32,000 nt of DNA from Sedimentisphaera cyanobacteriorum (GCF_001997385.1 NZ_CP019633.1:180001-212000), one strand, 5' to 3'. Shown: positions 7,993 to 17,224, counted from the stretch's first letter. The notes: generated by a model not told the origin, from the sequence alone. Numbers and translations: made by a program.

Positions 7993-9087
7993 CTATTTAC
8001 CTGATTCGGTAAGTATGCACCTTGTACCGTGTGCAGACCAGCACTTATTGCAGCTTATGCACATCGGCCTGTAGTTTGGATATTTTGCCCACCTTTCAAC
8101 CAAATCGTGCTCGCAAGTAAACGGCCTGCTCATTGCAAAGAATCCCACTTCAGTTTCATTCAGAGCCTTCTGCATCCATTCAAAGTCTCGATGCCCTCCA
8201 ACAGAAATCACGTCGCTGTCAACTGCGCCAGCTGTTTTAGCGGCTTCATTGAAGAAGTAAGACTCGTCTTCTTTTCCTTTTATTGGCCTAATCGGCCTTA
8301 GCATTTCCGGCGAGCCTGCCATAGCTCCGCTAACTTCAATAGCATCAAGGCCTTTCTCTGACAGCCTTGAGGATACTGAGAGGGATTCTTCGAAGCTGAG
8401 CCCGGAATCTTTGCCGTTGAAGTCTTCTCCGTTGATTTTGATGAAGATCGGAAAATCGCCGCAGAGTTCTCTTGCCTGCTCGTATGTCTCATAAATTATT
8501 CTTGCCCTATTTTTCACAGCTCCGCCGTATGAATCGCTGCGGCGGTTGTAGTATGGGCTGAGGAATTTGCTGAAAAGGTATCCGTGCGCGCAGTGAAGCT
8601 GAACCGCATCAAATCCGCTTTTTTTTGCCCTCAGACAGGCCTGAGCAAAAGCTTTCTCAACCTTTTTTATATCCTCGGCTGTCATCTCTTCCGGCGTTAC
8701 ACGATACATCTTATCCTGTACAGGGGAAGGGCCTATAATCCTTCTTTTCCTTGCCCTGAATTTAGACTGAGAGCTGCCTGCTGCAAGCTGAACGGCAATT
8801 TTCGCGCCCTGAGCTCTAACGTTTTCTGTGAGCTTCTGGCAGCTGTCGATAAAGCAGTCGTCATACATCCCAATCATCCTCGGCGCTGCAAGGTCATCTT
8901 CCATAACCCGTGCAAAGCCGGTTATGACCATGCCAATCCCGCCTCGGGCAAAATCTGTATATAAGTTTTCAAGCTTTTCGGTGGGATACCCTTGTTCGTC
9001 TGCCATATTCTCCCAAGTAGCAGAACGAACAAACCTGTTTGAAACTTCTACGCCGCCAAGTGTTGTAGTCTCTAAAAGTCTTTTCAT
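7993..9087 (-). CDS. NADH:flavin oxidoreductase, Old Yellow Enzyme family, with a Cys-rich C-terminus
   Basis: Shows the TIM-barrel OYE pattern (NRFVRSATWE, GFDAVQLHCAHGYLFSKFLSP, NRRSDSYGG) and ends in CISCNKCWSAHGTRC. I prefer the ATG at 9087 (MKRLL...) over the track's TTG at 9096. Neither has a strong Shine-Dalgarno sequence. Confidence 0.8.
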   Translation of the reverse strand: MKRLLETTTLGGVEVSNRFVRSATWENMADEQGYPTEKLENLYTDFARGGIGMVITGFARVMEDDLAAPRMIGMYDDCFIDSCQKLTENVRAQGAKIAVQLAAGSSQSKFRARKRRIIGPSPVQDKMYRVTPEEMTAEDIKKVEKAFAQACLRAKKSGFDAVQLHCAHGYLFSKFLSPYYNRRSDSYGGAVKNRARIIYETYEQARELCGDFPIFIKINGEDFNGKDSGLSFEESLSVSSRLSEKGLDAIEVSGAMAGSPEMLRPIRPIKGKEDESYFFNEAAKTAGAVDSDVISVGGHRDFEWMQKALNETEVGFFAMSRPFTCEHDLVERWAKYPNYRPMCISCNKCWSAHGTRCILTESGK

Positions 9088-9123
9088 AAATATCAAAGAG
9101 GCATTAACTTTTTATCAGTTTTG

Positions 9124-9771
9124 TTATACTTCTGCGATACCCTGTTTTATCGCAAATCTTACAAGTCCGGCGCTGGATTCTATTCCCAGCATTTTCATAA
9201 TACGATACTTGTGAAATTCTACTGTTCTCGAAGATATGTTCAAATCTGAAGCGATTTCTTTTGCGCTTTTTCCGTGCGAGAGCAGCTGCAGGATTTCTTT
9301 CTGCCTTTTTGTTAAGTCATCAGCTGTAAAATCATCCGCCGATGGCTGGGCCTCATCAATCTTTTTCTGTATCGAAGGGCTAATGTAAATGCCACCTGCA
9401 AAGGCCAGAGATATGGCCTGTGAAAGCTCATCAGGAGCTGAGCTTTTAACTATAAACCCTGACGCCCCTGCATCTATAGCTCGTCGTGCATACGCCGGCT
9501 CGTCGTGCATCGTAAGAAACACCACTTTAATATCCAAATTTTTCTTTTTGAGTTCCTTAAGAGCATCGATCCCGTTAAGATTCGGCATACTGATATCTGC
9601 CACAATAAGCTCGGGTTTGAGCTCTGCTGCCATCTTAACCATTTCGAGCCCATCTTTGGCAATCCCGACAAGGTCGTAAGACTCTTCAAGGATCTCAACA
9701 AGCCCTCTGGCAACAATAAAATGATCATCCGCTAAAAGTATTCTTTTTCTTTTTGTTTTTTCCTCAGTCAT
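9124..9771 (-). CDS. Two-component response regulator, NarL/FixJ family (REC + LuxR-type HTH)
   Basis: REC domain motifs ILLADDHFIVARGL, the phospho-acceptor D in LIVADISMP, and the LuxR HTH LTKRQKEILQLLSHGKSAKEIASDLNISSRTVEFH. The start overlaps the upstream kinase gene by 8 nt. Confidence 0.92.
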   Translation of the reverse strand: MTEEKTKRKRILLADDHFIVARGLVEILEESYDLVGIAKDGLEMVKMAAELKPELIVADISMPNLNGIDALKELKKKNLDIKVVFLTMHDEPAYARRAIDAGASGFIVKSSAPDELSQAISLAFAGGIYISPSIQKKIDEAQPSADDFTADDLTKRQKEILQLLSHGKSAKEIASDLNISSRTVEFHKYRIMKMLGIESSAGLVRFAIKQGIAEV

Positions 9772-11419
9772 TTACGGGTATCTCCAAATTAATAACTGTT
9801 CCGCTGCCTGGTTTAGAATTAATGTTCAACTCGCCGCCTGCAAGTCTGGCTCTTTCCTTCATACTAATCAGTCCCAGAGATTCCTTAGTTTTTCTCAAAT
9901 CTATTTCAAAGCCTATTCCGTCATCCTCTACTGAAACTTCAATAGAGGCTTCTTTTCTTTCTAAAAGCACGTCAACGCATTCTGCTTTCGAATGTCTTAC
10001 GACATTGCGAAGAGCTTCCTGCACAATTCGAAACACTGCAAGAGCTTTATTGCTGTCTATATCTTCAAATGAGCCCTTGTCTATTACTTCAATATCAAGG
10101 TCTCTTTTTTCCTTCACCAGCGAAACCTCTGACCTCACCGCTGCCACAAGGCCGAGGTCGTCCAGAAGAGAAGGATGAATATGTCTTGAAAGTTTCCTTA
10201 TGTCTTCTGAAAGCTCAAGTATGTCAGTTTTTACAGCAGTTATTTTGTCAATTATAGCAGGGCTGGAATTTTCCGCTAACATTTTTTCCAGCTTGTTAAT
10301 CTCTATCGCTGCTACAGCAAGCCGCTGGGTGAATTCGTCGTGCATTTCCCTTGCAAGATACCGCCTTTGGGATTCGTTGGAGTTTATCAGCCTGGCGTTG
10401 AGGTCCTGCAGTTCAGATTTGCTCTTCCTAAGGCTTTCCTCCCTTGTTCTGAGCTCCTGCTCGGCTATTTTCTGCTGGTGGATATCCCTGCAAGTTCCAA
10501 GAACCCTCGATGGGGTGTCGTCCTGATCGAATTCTACTACCTTGCCCCTTGTCAGAAGCCAGCGGTATTCGCCGTCTGCCTTGAGCATCCTGTATTCAAT
10601 GTTAAATAATTTGCCTTTATTAACTGATTCAATGAAAGTCTTTTGAAATGAATCTTTGTCGTCCGGATGGATAAGATCGATCCATTTGTCGAATGTTTCT
10701 TTTAATGAGAAAGGCTTGTAGCCCAGCATATTGTACCACTGGCTGCTGAAGGTGATTTCATCTCTGCTCAAATCGTAATCAAAAACCGCATCGTTCAAAG
10801 ATTCCATTGTGAGCTTGTATAGCTCCTGCTGCTTATTGAGTTTTTCCTCGATTTTTTTGCGTTTGTCTATATCTGAACATACACCCAGTATCCGTTCGGG
10901 TCTTCCGCTGTGATTGTAGCTTACAGTTCTTGCCCGAATGTGCCCCCATTTCTCGCGGCCGTCTTTCATCACTCTATATTCCATTGAACAGCCGTCTATC
11001 ATACCTGTGAGCATATCGGAGAAAAGATTCGAAAGTTTCTGTTTGTCCGAGCGATGGGCAGACTCAACCACCTCGTCAAGCCTATAAGTGTATTTATTTT
11101 CTTCATTCGGTATCATATTTTTGCTGACTGAATAGAGAAGAAACTGCTCGTTGGCCGCGTCAATTTCAAATATATCGTCGTTCAGGCTTCTAATAACCGT
11201 CTGATGTCTCAGCTCGCCGTATTTTACCTTGCTTCGCAGGGCAGAGAGTTTTCTGCTGTAAAGTATCATCAGAAAGATACATATAACACTCAAAGCGATT
11301 ATTGAAATAATTATCAGCCAGAAATAAAAAGACCGAGATATTGCTGCTGAGCATATGCCCAAACTCGAAATGCCTATCCAGTTATTGAAGAAGTAAGCAG
11401 TTTTTTCAATTGCAAACAA
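9764..11419 (-). CDS. Membrane-anchored sensor histidine kinase with tandem PAS domains, a HisKA_3 dimerisation domain and HATPase_c
   Basis: Has an N-terminal TM region (LIIISIIALSVICIFLMILY), two PAS-like blocks (EYRVMKDGREKW, EYRMLKADGEYRW), the H-box EMHDEFTQRLA and an ATPase G-box DDGIGF...GGEL. The start is a TTG, so the exact start is uncertain. Confidence 0.88.
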   Translation of the reverse strand: MFAIEKTAYFFNNWIGISSLGICSAAISRSFYFWLIIISIIALSVICIFLMILYSRKLSALRSKVKYGELRHQTVIRSLNDDIFEIDAANEQFLLYSVSKNMIPNEENKYTYRLDEVVESAHRSDKQKLSNLFSDMLTGMIDGCSMEYRVMKDGREKWGHIRARTVSYNHSGRPERILGVCSDIDKRKKIEEKLNKQQELYKLTMESLNDAVFDYDLSRDEITFSSQWYNMLGYKPFSLKETFDKWIDLIHPDDKDSFQKTFIESVNKGKLFNIEYRMLKADGEYRWLLTRGKVVEFDQDDTPSRVLGTCRDIHQQKIAEQELRTREESLRKSKSELQDLNARLINSNESQRRYLAREMHDEFTQRLAVAAIEINKLEKMLAENSSPAIIDKITAVKTDILELSEDIRKLSRHIHPSLLDDLGLVAAVRSEVSLVKEKRDLDIEVIDKGSFEDIDSNKALAVFRIVQEALRNVVRHSKAECVDVLLERKEASIEVSVEDDGIGFEIDLRKTKESLGLISMKERARLAGGELNINSKPGSGTVINLEIPVND

Positions 11420-11556
11420 AATGTACTAGTCCTGTTGGCTGAAATATATAATTACCAAACCATCACCTTGAATTCTAACGTATTTTTTCTTGATAACAAG
11501 AAATAAAAAGGATTTGCTCTTTTTTTATAACTGGTTTTATTACATTTTGTCAGCTG

Positions 11557-11850
11557 CTATTCAAGGAATTTGGCTCTCTTTGGCTTTTTATCGTCTATCT
11601 TGCAGACAATCCTTGCGTGCAGATGAGCAAGAGAAATGAAAGAAAAAATGTTCAAAAAGCATGCTGCCGAGTAAAGCATTGCAAATTTAACCGTAGTTAT
11701 TTTTCTTGCAAATATATAAGTCGGGACAAAAACAAGAATCCCGGATACAAATTCTGCAAGATTGAACCAGAAAAGGATGAGTTTCAGTACAATCAAAGCC
11801 AAAACCCATCTTGAAATTACAGTTAATGATTTTCGCTCTTTCTCTTCCAT
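11557..11850 (-). CDS. Hypothetical small membrane protein (97 aa, about 3 TM segments)
   Basis: ATG preceded by AGGAA at a spacing of about 7 nt. Three hydrophobic stretches are present and I recognise no family. It lies in an AT-rich patch. Confidence 0.45.
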   Translation of the reverse strand: MEEKERKSLTVISRWVLALIVLKLILFWFNLAEFVSGILVFVPTYIFARKITTVKFAMLYSAACFLNIFSFISLAHLHARIVCKIDDKKPKRAKFLE

Positions 11851-12050
11851 AAATGATTTCCTGCTTCAGCAATTTACACGTCAAAGGCAATTATTCAAGT
11901 ACATTCTGTTTTGAGTGCAGAGTTTTTCTTTGCTGTATTTAAATAAATATAATTTCATAGATATTGTTTTCGAGGAAAGTCCTGCTGATTGGTTCTCGCT
12001 TTTCATTTCAGCTTTACGCAGATGTTCTGCTTATTGCTTCCCTTTCAGCA

Positions 12051-12149
12051 TCAGCTTGGATGGGTTGCGATTGCACGAATCTCACTTTTTTCCCCTGCGC
12101 TGAAAGCAAAGCTTGAGATCAATAGGATAAGCAATAATTTGCGTTTCAT
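12051..12149 (-). CDS. 32-codon ORF encoding only a signal-peptide-like sequence (MKRKLLLILLISSFAFSAGEKSEIRAIATHPS); either a small secreted peptide or the 5' remnant of a decayed gene
   Basis: It is too short to appear in the track. It has a strong SD (GAGAAGGAAGCGGGAAATG) and a K/R n-region followed by a hydrophobic core. Multiple stops follow in the continuing frame. Confidence 0.3.
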   Translation of the reverse strand: MKRKLLLILLISSFAFSAGEKSEIRAIATHPS

Positions 12150-12295
12150 TTCCCGCTTCCTTCTCTAAAATATATCCGCCCGCCATTATATTCACGTTTG
12201 AGATTAATATTAGAAAAATCTGTAATCTGTAAGCGGTATTTGCAAATTAGCTTCCCGTCTTTCACCAAAACGGTGAGTAAATTTCAATTTTTGTT

Positions 12296-12322
12296 TTGAA
12301 GTCTTGAAAGATTTCATATAAT
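12296..12322 (+). promoter_or_regulatory. Candidate sigma70-like promoter for the pseudopilin-like gene
   Basis: TTGAAG (12296-12301), a 15-nt spacer, then TATAAT (12317-12322), lying 37 nt upstream of the ATG at 12359. The spacer is short and promoter rules for this lineage are unknown. Confidence 0.25.
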
Positions 12323-12358
12323 CGCCTTAAGAATGATTAAAGAGGGATACCAGCTTAA

Positions 12359-13024
12359 ATGAGAAGCATAAGTGCGTCAAAAGCTTTTACTTTGATAGAA
12401 GTAATAGTTGTTATATCTGTAATTTCCTTGCTTATTGTTATATTAATACCTGTTTTAGGCAGAGCCCGCAATGAAGCAATGAGATTTCAGTGCTCCTCAA
12501 ACCTAAAGTCGATTGGCGTAGGTTATTATACCTACGTTTTTTCCAATGATGATAAATTTCCAGACCCGGATGTGCTGGATGTTACTAGCTATCGCGTCGG
12601 GCCGGAATATGTTACCGAAGACGGGAAGAGAGAAAGTTTCGGTCTTGCTTGCCTTTTTGATGATAATCAGATAATCGAAGGGGGAAGCGACGTTTGGATT
12701 TGTCCGGACGGAAACAATAAATGGATGCGTGATTACGGGGTAACATACGCTTTCAGTGTTTCGCAGGTGTTTTTCGAAAAGAAGTATCCGGATTTCACTT
12801 CGGAGGAGATGCGAGAGATTGCGCTAACTTGGGATAACTGGCAGCTTTTTCCGGCAGAGGTCGGTGTAAGAGGCCAGCCGTATCCGAAGTTTCTGCCTAT
12901 GCACAGAATAAAATTCCCCCATGCATACAAAAACAATTCAGCTCAGTCTATGGCTTTTGATGGGGTTAATATACTTCTGCTGGACGGGAGTACTACAAGG
13001 GGAAGCAAATTCTACTTCAAATAG
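12359..13024 (+). CDS. Prepilin-type N-terminal cleavage/methylation-domain protein (pseudopilin-like, DUF1559/H-X9-DG-related)
   Basis: N-terminus MRSISASKA|FTLIEVIVVISVISLLIVILIPVL (class III signal peptide with the conserved E at +5), then RARNEAMRFQCSSNLKSIG. The C-terminus GVNILLLDGS resembles the ...DG end of the H-X9-DG motif. Confidence 0.8.
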   Translation: MRSISASKAFTLIEVIVVISVISLLIVILIPVLGRARNEAMRFQCSSNLKSIGVGYYTYVFSNDDKFPDPDVLDVTSYRVGPEYVTEDGKRESFGLACLFDDNQIIEGGSDVWICPDGNNKWMRDYGVTYAFSVSQVFFEKKYPDFTSEEMREIALTWDNWQLFPAEVGVRGQPYPKFLPMHRIKFPHAYKNNSAQSMAFDGVNILLLDGSTTRGSKFYFK

Positions 13025-13027
13025 AAT

Positions 13028-14014
13028 CTAAAAAGCCTCCAGCTCGCCTGTGAGCTCTTCGGCGAGGTCCTTTAGAGTTATAAGTCCTACAATCCTTTTG
13101 GATTTAGAGCCGGCCTTTTCCACAAGTGCTATCTGCCTTCCGTTTTCATTCATATCCTTCATTGCTGATATTACCGGCTCATTGGTGTTGTAGGTGTGTA
13201 TTTTGAGCATACTCCCTGCTATGCTGAAATCTGTTTCGGGCTTGCTGAGAAGCTCATATATGTTTACGTATCCCTCCATATCGTTGCGGTTTATTCGATA
13301 CACCGGCAGTCTAGTGAAGGGGTGTTTTTGCATAATTTCGAGCAGTTCGTCTCTGCCTGCGTCTATACTCACCGAAACAATCTCCTCTTTGCGAATCATA
13401 ACTTGCGATACTTTCAGCCTTGTGATAGCGGAAGTTCTTGAGATTATTGAACGCTGTATGCTGCTTAAATATCCTTCTTCGATTGTAGCGTCAAATACCT
13501 TTGTCATCCTGCTGGTTATGCGGTAGTATTCGTTGTCGCTGCTGATATCAAAAATCCTCTCGAAGAAGCCTGATATCTTCTTGAAAAAACCGCGTATTCG
13601 GATTTTTCCTAAAAATCTGTGTATGAGAAGAAGCGGGTAAGAACATTTGAGCATAAGCGGTTCGGGGCGGGAGAGAAATAAGGTTTTCGGTACTACCTCA
13701 CCGAAAATAAAGAGCAGAGGGGCAGCTGCGCAGGTGTTGATGAGCTCAGCATTTTCAGGCCAGTAAGCAGAGAAGATAAACGTTCCGCACCAAGATACTG
13801 CCAAGGTGGCGATATTGTTGCCTGTGAGTATTGTGAAAATAAGCTCCGCTGGCTCATTGATAAGCTCAAGCAAATTCTTGTATCTTTTTTCGCCGGACTC
13901 CGCACCAACATTTATGCGAACCTTGCTCGCACTGTAGAGCCCGGTTTCGCACCCTGAGAAGAATGCGCTCATAAAGACAAAAAGAAAAAATAGTAACAAA
14001 ACTCCAAGTATCAT
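13028..14014 (-). CDS. DUF21 (CNNM) + CBS-pair membrane protein, lacking a CorC_HlyC C-terminal domain
   Basis: Has an N-terminal multi-TM DUF21 pattern (FFSGCETGLYS, GEVVPKTL) and a CBS pair (VSQVMIRKEEIVSV, RLPVY, GLITLKDL). The start overlaps the stop of the upstream paralog (ATGA). Confidence 0.8.
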   Translation of the reverse strand: MILGVLLLFFLFVFMSAFFSGCETGLYSASKVRINVGAESGEKRYKNLLELINEPAELIFTILTGNNIATLAVSWCGTFIFSAYWPENAELINTCAAAPLLFIFGEVVPKTLFLSRPEPLMLKCSYPLLLIHRFLGKIRIRGFFKKISGFFERIFDISSDNEYYRITSRMTKVFDATIEEGYLSSIQRSIISRTSAITRLKVSQVMIRKEEIVSVSIDAGRDELLEIMQKHPFTRLPVYRINRNDMEGYVNIYELLSKPETDFSIAGSMLKIHTYNTNEPVISAMKDMNENGRQIALVEKAGSKSKRIVGLITLKDLAEELTGELEAF

Positions 14015-15243
14015 TCCAGCTCCACTAAAACGGTCTTAATCCGATTCTCTTCTACTTGTTCAACTGTAAACTTCAGATTCTGATATCGAACGCTGTCTCC
14101 CTTGCGCGGGATTTTTCTCGTGTTGGATATTATAAAGCCGCTTATCGTGCTGTAGTCTGTCTCGATGTTGGGCAGTTCAATAAGCTCGAGCCACTCCAAA
14201 AGGCTTGCAGATCCGCTCAAGCGGTATTTATTCTCGCTGATCTGCTCTATAGAGTTGTCTTTGCCCTTGAAGCCCGATGTTATACTCTCTACAACATCCT
14301 TTATTGTGGCTAGGCCGCTAATACCACCGTATTCATCTACAATCATTGCCATTTCATTTTTTGTTTCGAGGAAAAATTCAAGCAGTGATTCAACGCTTTT
14401 CTGCTCGGGCAGAAATACAGTGCTTCTGAGCACATCAGATATGCAGTCCGGGTTTTTTGTGAGTATATCACGCTGGTGGACATAGCCGCATATATTGTCA
14501 ACGCTGTTTTGGTAAACAGGGATCTTTTTAACTCTGCAGCTGCGCATCAATTCGAAAACATCTTCGATTTCTGTGTCTTTTTCGCACATCACGATATCTA
14601 CTCTAGGGCGCATTATCTCTTTCACCCTCGATTTTCCCAGCTCCATCACTCTGCTGATAAGCTCGGATTCCTCCTGATTTATCAGCCCTTTTTTCCCGCT
14701 GTTTTTTACGAGATAACGAAGGTGTTCCAGCCCGATTTTATCAGCTCTTGGGATTGCAGGGGCTGTAAGCCTCACTGCCGGCTTTATGAATACAATATTT
14801 AAAACAGATGCGATTGGAGCAAGAAGCTTCTGGCATATATAAACAGGGTATGCCGTGAGCGTACAAAAATCCTGAGAGTGAGAAAAAGCTATTGATTTAG
14901 GCATTATTTCGCCGAAAATTATTAAAAGGAAAAGCGAGACTATTCCATAAAGCGTAACAAGAACAGTATTTCCTTTCCCTGCAAGAGCAACCGCTGTCTG
15001 ACCGGCGGCTGAAAAGTAAAGGACGTTTATGATCATATTCCCGAAAAGAAGGGTGTTTAGAAGGCTCTTAGGCCTTGATATGAGGCGCAGAACCGTTTCC
15101 CCTGTCTTGCTTGTTCTCAGTTTCTTACGGTCGGTGAAGCTCAGGTTGAAAAAGGCCGTTTCACTGCCGGAGAAGAAACCGGAGATTGCAAGCAGCAGAA
15201 TCAAGGATATAATTTGAGGACTCTGTTGTATAATAGTTTCCAA
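14011..15243 (-). CDS. DUF21 (CNNM) + CBS-pair + CorC_HlyC domain protein (CorB/TlyC-type putative Mg2+/Co2+ transporter, hemolysin family)
   Basis: Contains FFSGSETAFF, GEIMPKSIA, VKEIMRPRVDIV, KKIPVYQ, MAMIVDEYGGISGLATIKD and a C-terminal transporter-associated domain (YRLSGSASL...GDSVRYQNLKFTV). Confidence 0.85.
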   Translation of the reverse strand: METIIQQSPQIISLILLLAISGFFSGSETAFFNLSFTDRKKLRTSKTGETVLRLISRPKSLLNTLLFGNMIINVLYFSAAGQTAVALAGKGNTVLVTLYGIVSLFLLIIFGEIMPKSIAFSHSQDFCTLTAYPVYICQKLLAPIASVLNIVFIKPAVRLTAPAIPRADKIGLEHLRYLVKNSGKKGLINQEESELISRVMELGKSRVKEIMRPRVDIVMCEKDTEIEDVFELMRSCRVKKIPVYQNSVDNICGYVHQRDILTKNPDCISDVLRSTVFLPEQKSVESLLEFFLETKNEMAMIVDEYGGISGLATIKDVVESITSGFKGKDNSIEQISENKYRLSGSASLLEWLELIELPNIETDYSTISGFIISNTRKIPRKGDSVRYQNLKFTVEQVEENRIKTVLVELE

Positions 15244-15370
15244 TTTTTATGCCCGAAAAGCTTAACTAATAAAAGTTTCGCCTTAAAATATAAGTAACTT
15301 ATGGAAGAAAAGTCAAGTTTTTAGTATAATTCCTAATTGTTTTTGAACTAAAAAGTATGGAGAAAAGAAA

Positions 15371-15829
15371 ATGGCGGCAAAAGCCGAAAATAAACCCAAA
15401 ATATTGATAGTTGATGATAATGTGCCCAACTTGGAGCTCCTTCAGGCGTACCTTGAAGATATAGACTGCCAAACAGAGCTTTCCACAGACGGCTACGACG
15501 CTCTTGAAAAGGTTAAGGACGGCTCGGTAGATCTTATAATACTGGATGTTATGATGCCCCGATTAAGCGGCTTTGAGGTGTGCAGCAGACTCAAATCATC
15601 ACCCGATACGAAAAACATCCCGATAATTATGGTTACAGCACTCACCGAACTGGGCGATATCGAAAGGGCAATCAATTCCGGAACAGATGATTTTCTCAGC
15701 AAGCCCGTAAAAAAGCTTGAGCTTATTACAAGAGTAAGAACTATGCTCAGGATAAGAGACCTAACCGACAAGCTCGAGAGAACGCTTGAGTATATATCGG
15801 AGATAGAATCGAAACTGGAAAATAATTAA
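15371..15829 (+). CDS. Stand-alone response-regulator receiver (CheY-like) protein
   Basis: Contains ILIVDDNVPNLELL, the phospho-acceptor in LIILDVMMPRLSG, PIIMVTA and DDFLSKP. There is no output domain. Confidence 0.88.
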   Translation: MAAKAENKPKILIVDDNVPNLELLQAYLEDIDCQTELSTDGYDALEKVKDGSVDLIILDVMMPRLSGFEVCSRLKSSPDTKNIPIIMVTALTELGDIERAINSGTDDFLSKPVKKLELITRVRTMLRIRDLTDKLERTLEYISEIESKLENN

Positions 15830-15850
15830 TTAGGGAATATCAGCAGTACT

Positions 15851-16573
15851 ATGAGCGGATTGAAATACAAAAGGGTTCTCATCAAACTTTCCGGCGAGAG
15901 TCTCTGCGAGAAGGGCGGTTCCGGTATTGATTCCGGAGCAGCAAAGCTTACAGCAGAAAAGATTAAAGAAGCAGTTCAGGCAGGCAGTGATATAGCTGTG
16001 GTAATTGGCGGGGGGAATCTGCTCAGAGGAGCAGCGCTGAGCTTGAGCTCTGATATGATACCAAGAGATACCGCAGATTATATGGGTATGCTTGCTACAG
16101 TAATTAACGGCTCTGCCTTATGCGAGGCATTGAAGTCTGTAAATGTTCCTGCAGCGGTGTTGAGCGCTCTTCCTGTGAAAGCGCTGAATGAAGAATTTAC
16201 ATCTGCCGCAGCGGAGATGCATTTTCAGGCCGGCGAGGTGGTAATTCTTTCAGGCGGTACGGGCTGTCCATTCTTCTCCACCGACACCTGCGCGGCTTTG
16301 CGTGCCTGTCAGATTAGAGCAGACCTTATCGTAAAAGCAACTAAGGTGGACGGGGTTTACACCGAAGACCCGATCAAAAACCCCGATGCAGAGCTGATTG
16401 AAAAGATATCATTTTCTGAAATTATTAGCAATGATTTGAAGGTTATAGACCATACAGCAATGACACTCTGCAGGGAAAACAATATCCCTCTGAGAGTTTT
16501 GAATATGTTTAAAAAGGGAAATATAATTAAGGCCGTTCAGGGCGAGAGAGTAGGAACGGAAATCTCAGCCTGA
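15851..16573 (+). CDS. pyrH: UMP kinase
   Basis: Contains VLIKLSGESL, VVIGGGNLLRG, DYMGMLATVING and KATKVDGVYTEDP. Confidence 0.94.
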   Translation: MSGLKYKRVLIKLSGESLCEKGGSGIDSGAAKLTAEKIKEAVQAGSDIAVVIGGGNLLRGAALSLSSDMIPRDTADYMGMLATVINGSALCEALKSVNVPAAVLSALPVKALNEEFTSAAAEMHFQAGEVVILSGGTGCPFFSTDTCAALRACQIRADLIVKATKVDGVYTEDPIKNPDAELIEKISFSEIISNDLKVIDHTAMTLCRENNIPLRVLNMFKKGNIIKAVQGERVGTEISA

Positions 16574-16611
16574 GAATGCATTTTAATTTGAATTAATTAA
16601 GGAGCTTAAGT

Positions 16612-17172
16612 ATGCCAGTTAAAAAGATTCTCAAAGAACACGAAACCAGTATGAAAAAATGCGTTGAATATCTTCACAATGAATTCAAGGGCGTAAGAAC
16701 CGGGAGGGCATCTACCGGTCTGGTTGATAATATAAAGGTGGAATACTATGGAAGTATGACTCCGATAAACCAGATGGCAAACGTTAATGCGCCTGATGCT
16801 ACAAACATCCTGATAAAACCTTTCGATCCCTCTTCGCTGAAAAATATTGAGAAGGCGATAAAGGCCAGCGATGTGGGGCTTAACCCAATAGCTGAAAACG
16901 GAGCGATAAGAATCTCTGTTCCTCCGCTTTCTGAGGAGAGAAGGGAAAAGATTGCAGACCAAGTCAAGCAGATGGGGGAAGCCCAGAAAATTGCTATAAG
17001 GAATGTTAGAAGGGATGCCAACAAGAAACTCGATGATGATGAGAAAAACAAGGTTATCAGCGAGGATGACAGAGACCACGCAAAGAAAGAAGTAGATCAG
17101 ATGACCAAGAAATATACTGAAGAGATTGAAGAACATACTAAGGCTAAGATTGAAGAAGTGATGACTGTGTAG
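16612..17172 (+). CDS. frr: Ribosome recycling factor
   Basis: Contains GVRTGRAS, IKVEYYG, LNP...G..IRISVPPLSEERR and AIRNVRRDANKKL. An AAGGAG SD lies upstream. Confidence 0.95.
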   Translation: MPVKKILKEHETSMKKCVEYLHNEFKGVRTGRASTGLVDNIKVEYYGSMTPINQMANVNAPDATNILIKPFDPSSLKNIEKAIKASDVGLNPIAENGAIRISVPPLSEERREKIADQVKQMGEAQKIAIRNVRRDANKKLDDDEKNKVISEDDRDHAKKEVDQMTKKYTEEIEEHTKAKIEEVMTV

Positions 17173-17224
17173 CAGATGAATGGATTTTGCTGCAATGAAT
17201 TTTATTAAAAAGGCTTTTGATTAG

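Noticed and set aside
9389-10609. Several plus-strand ORFs of 60-140 aa overlapping the response regulator and histidine kinase genes.
   Set aside because: They are antisense to well-supported two-component genes and have Ser/Leu-rich shadow-type composition.
16606-17136. A 176-aa minus-strand ORF opposite frr, plus a nested 101-aa ORF.
   Set aside because: frr on the plus strand is unambiguous. The antisense translations are hydrophobic low-information sequence.
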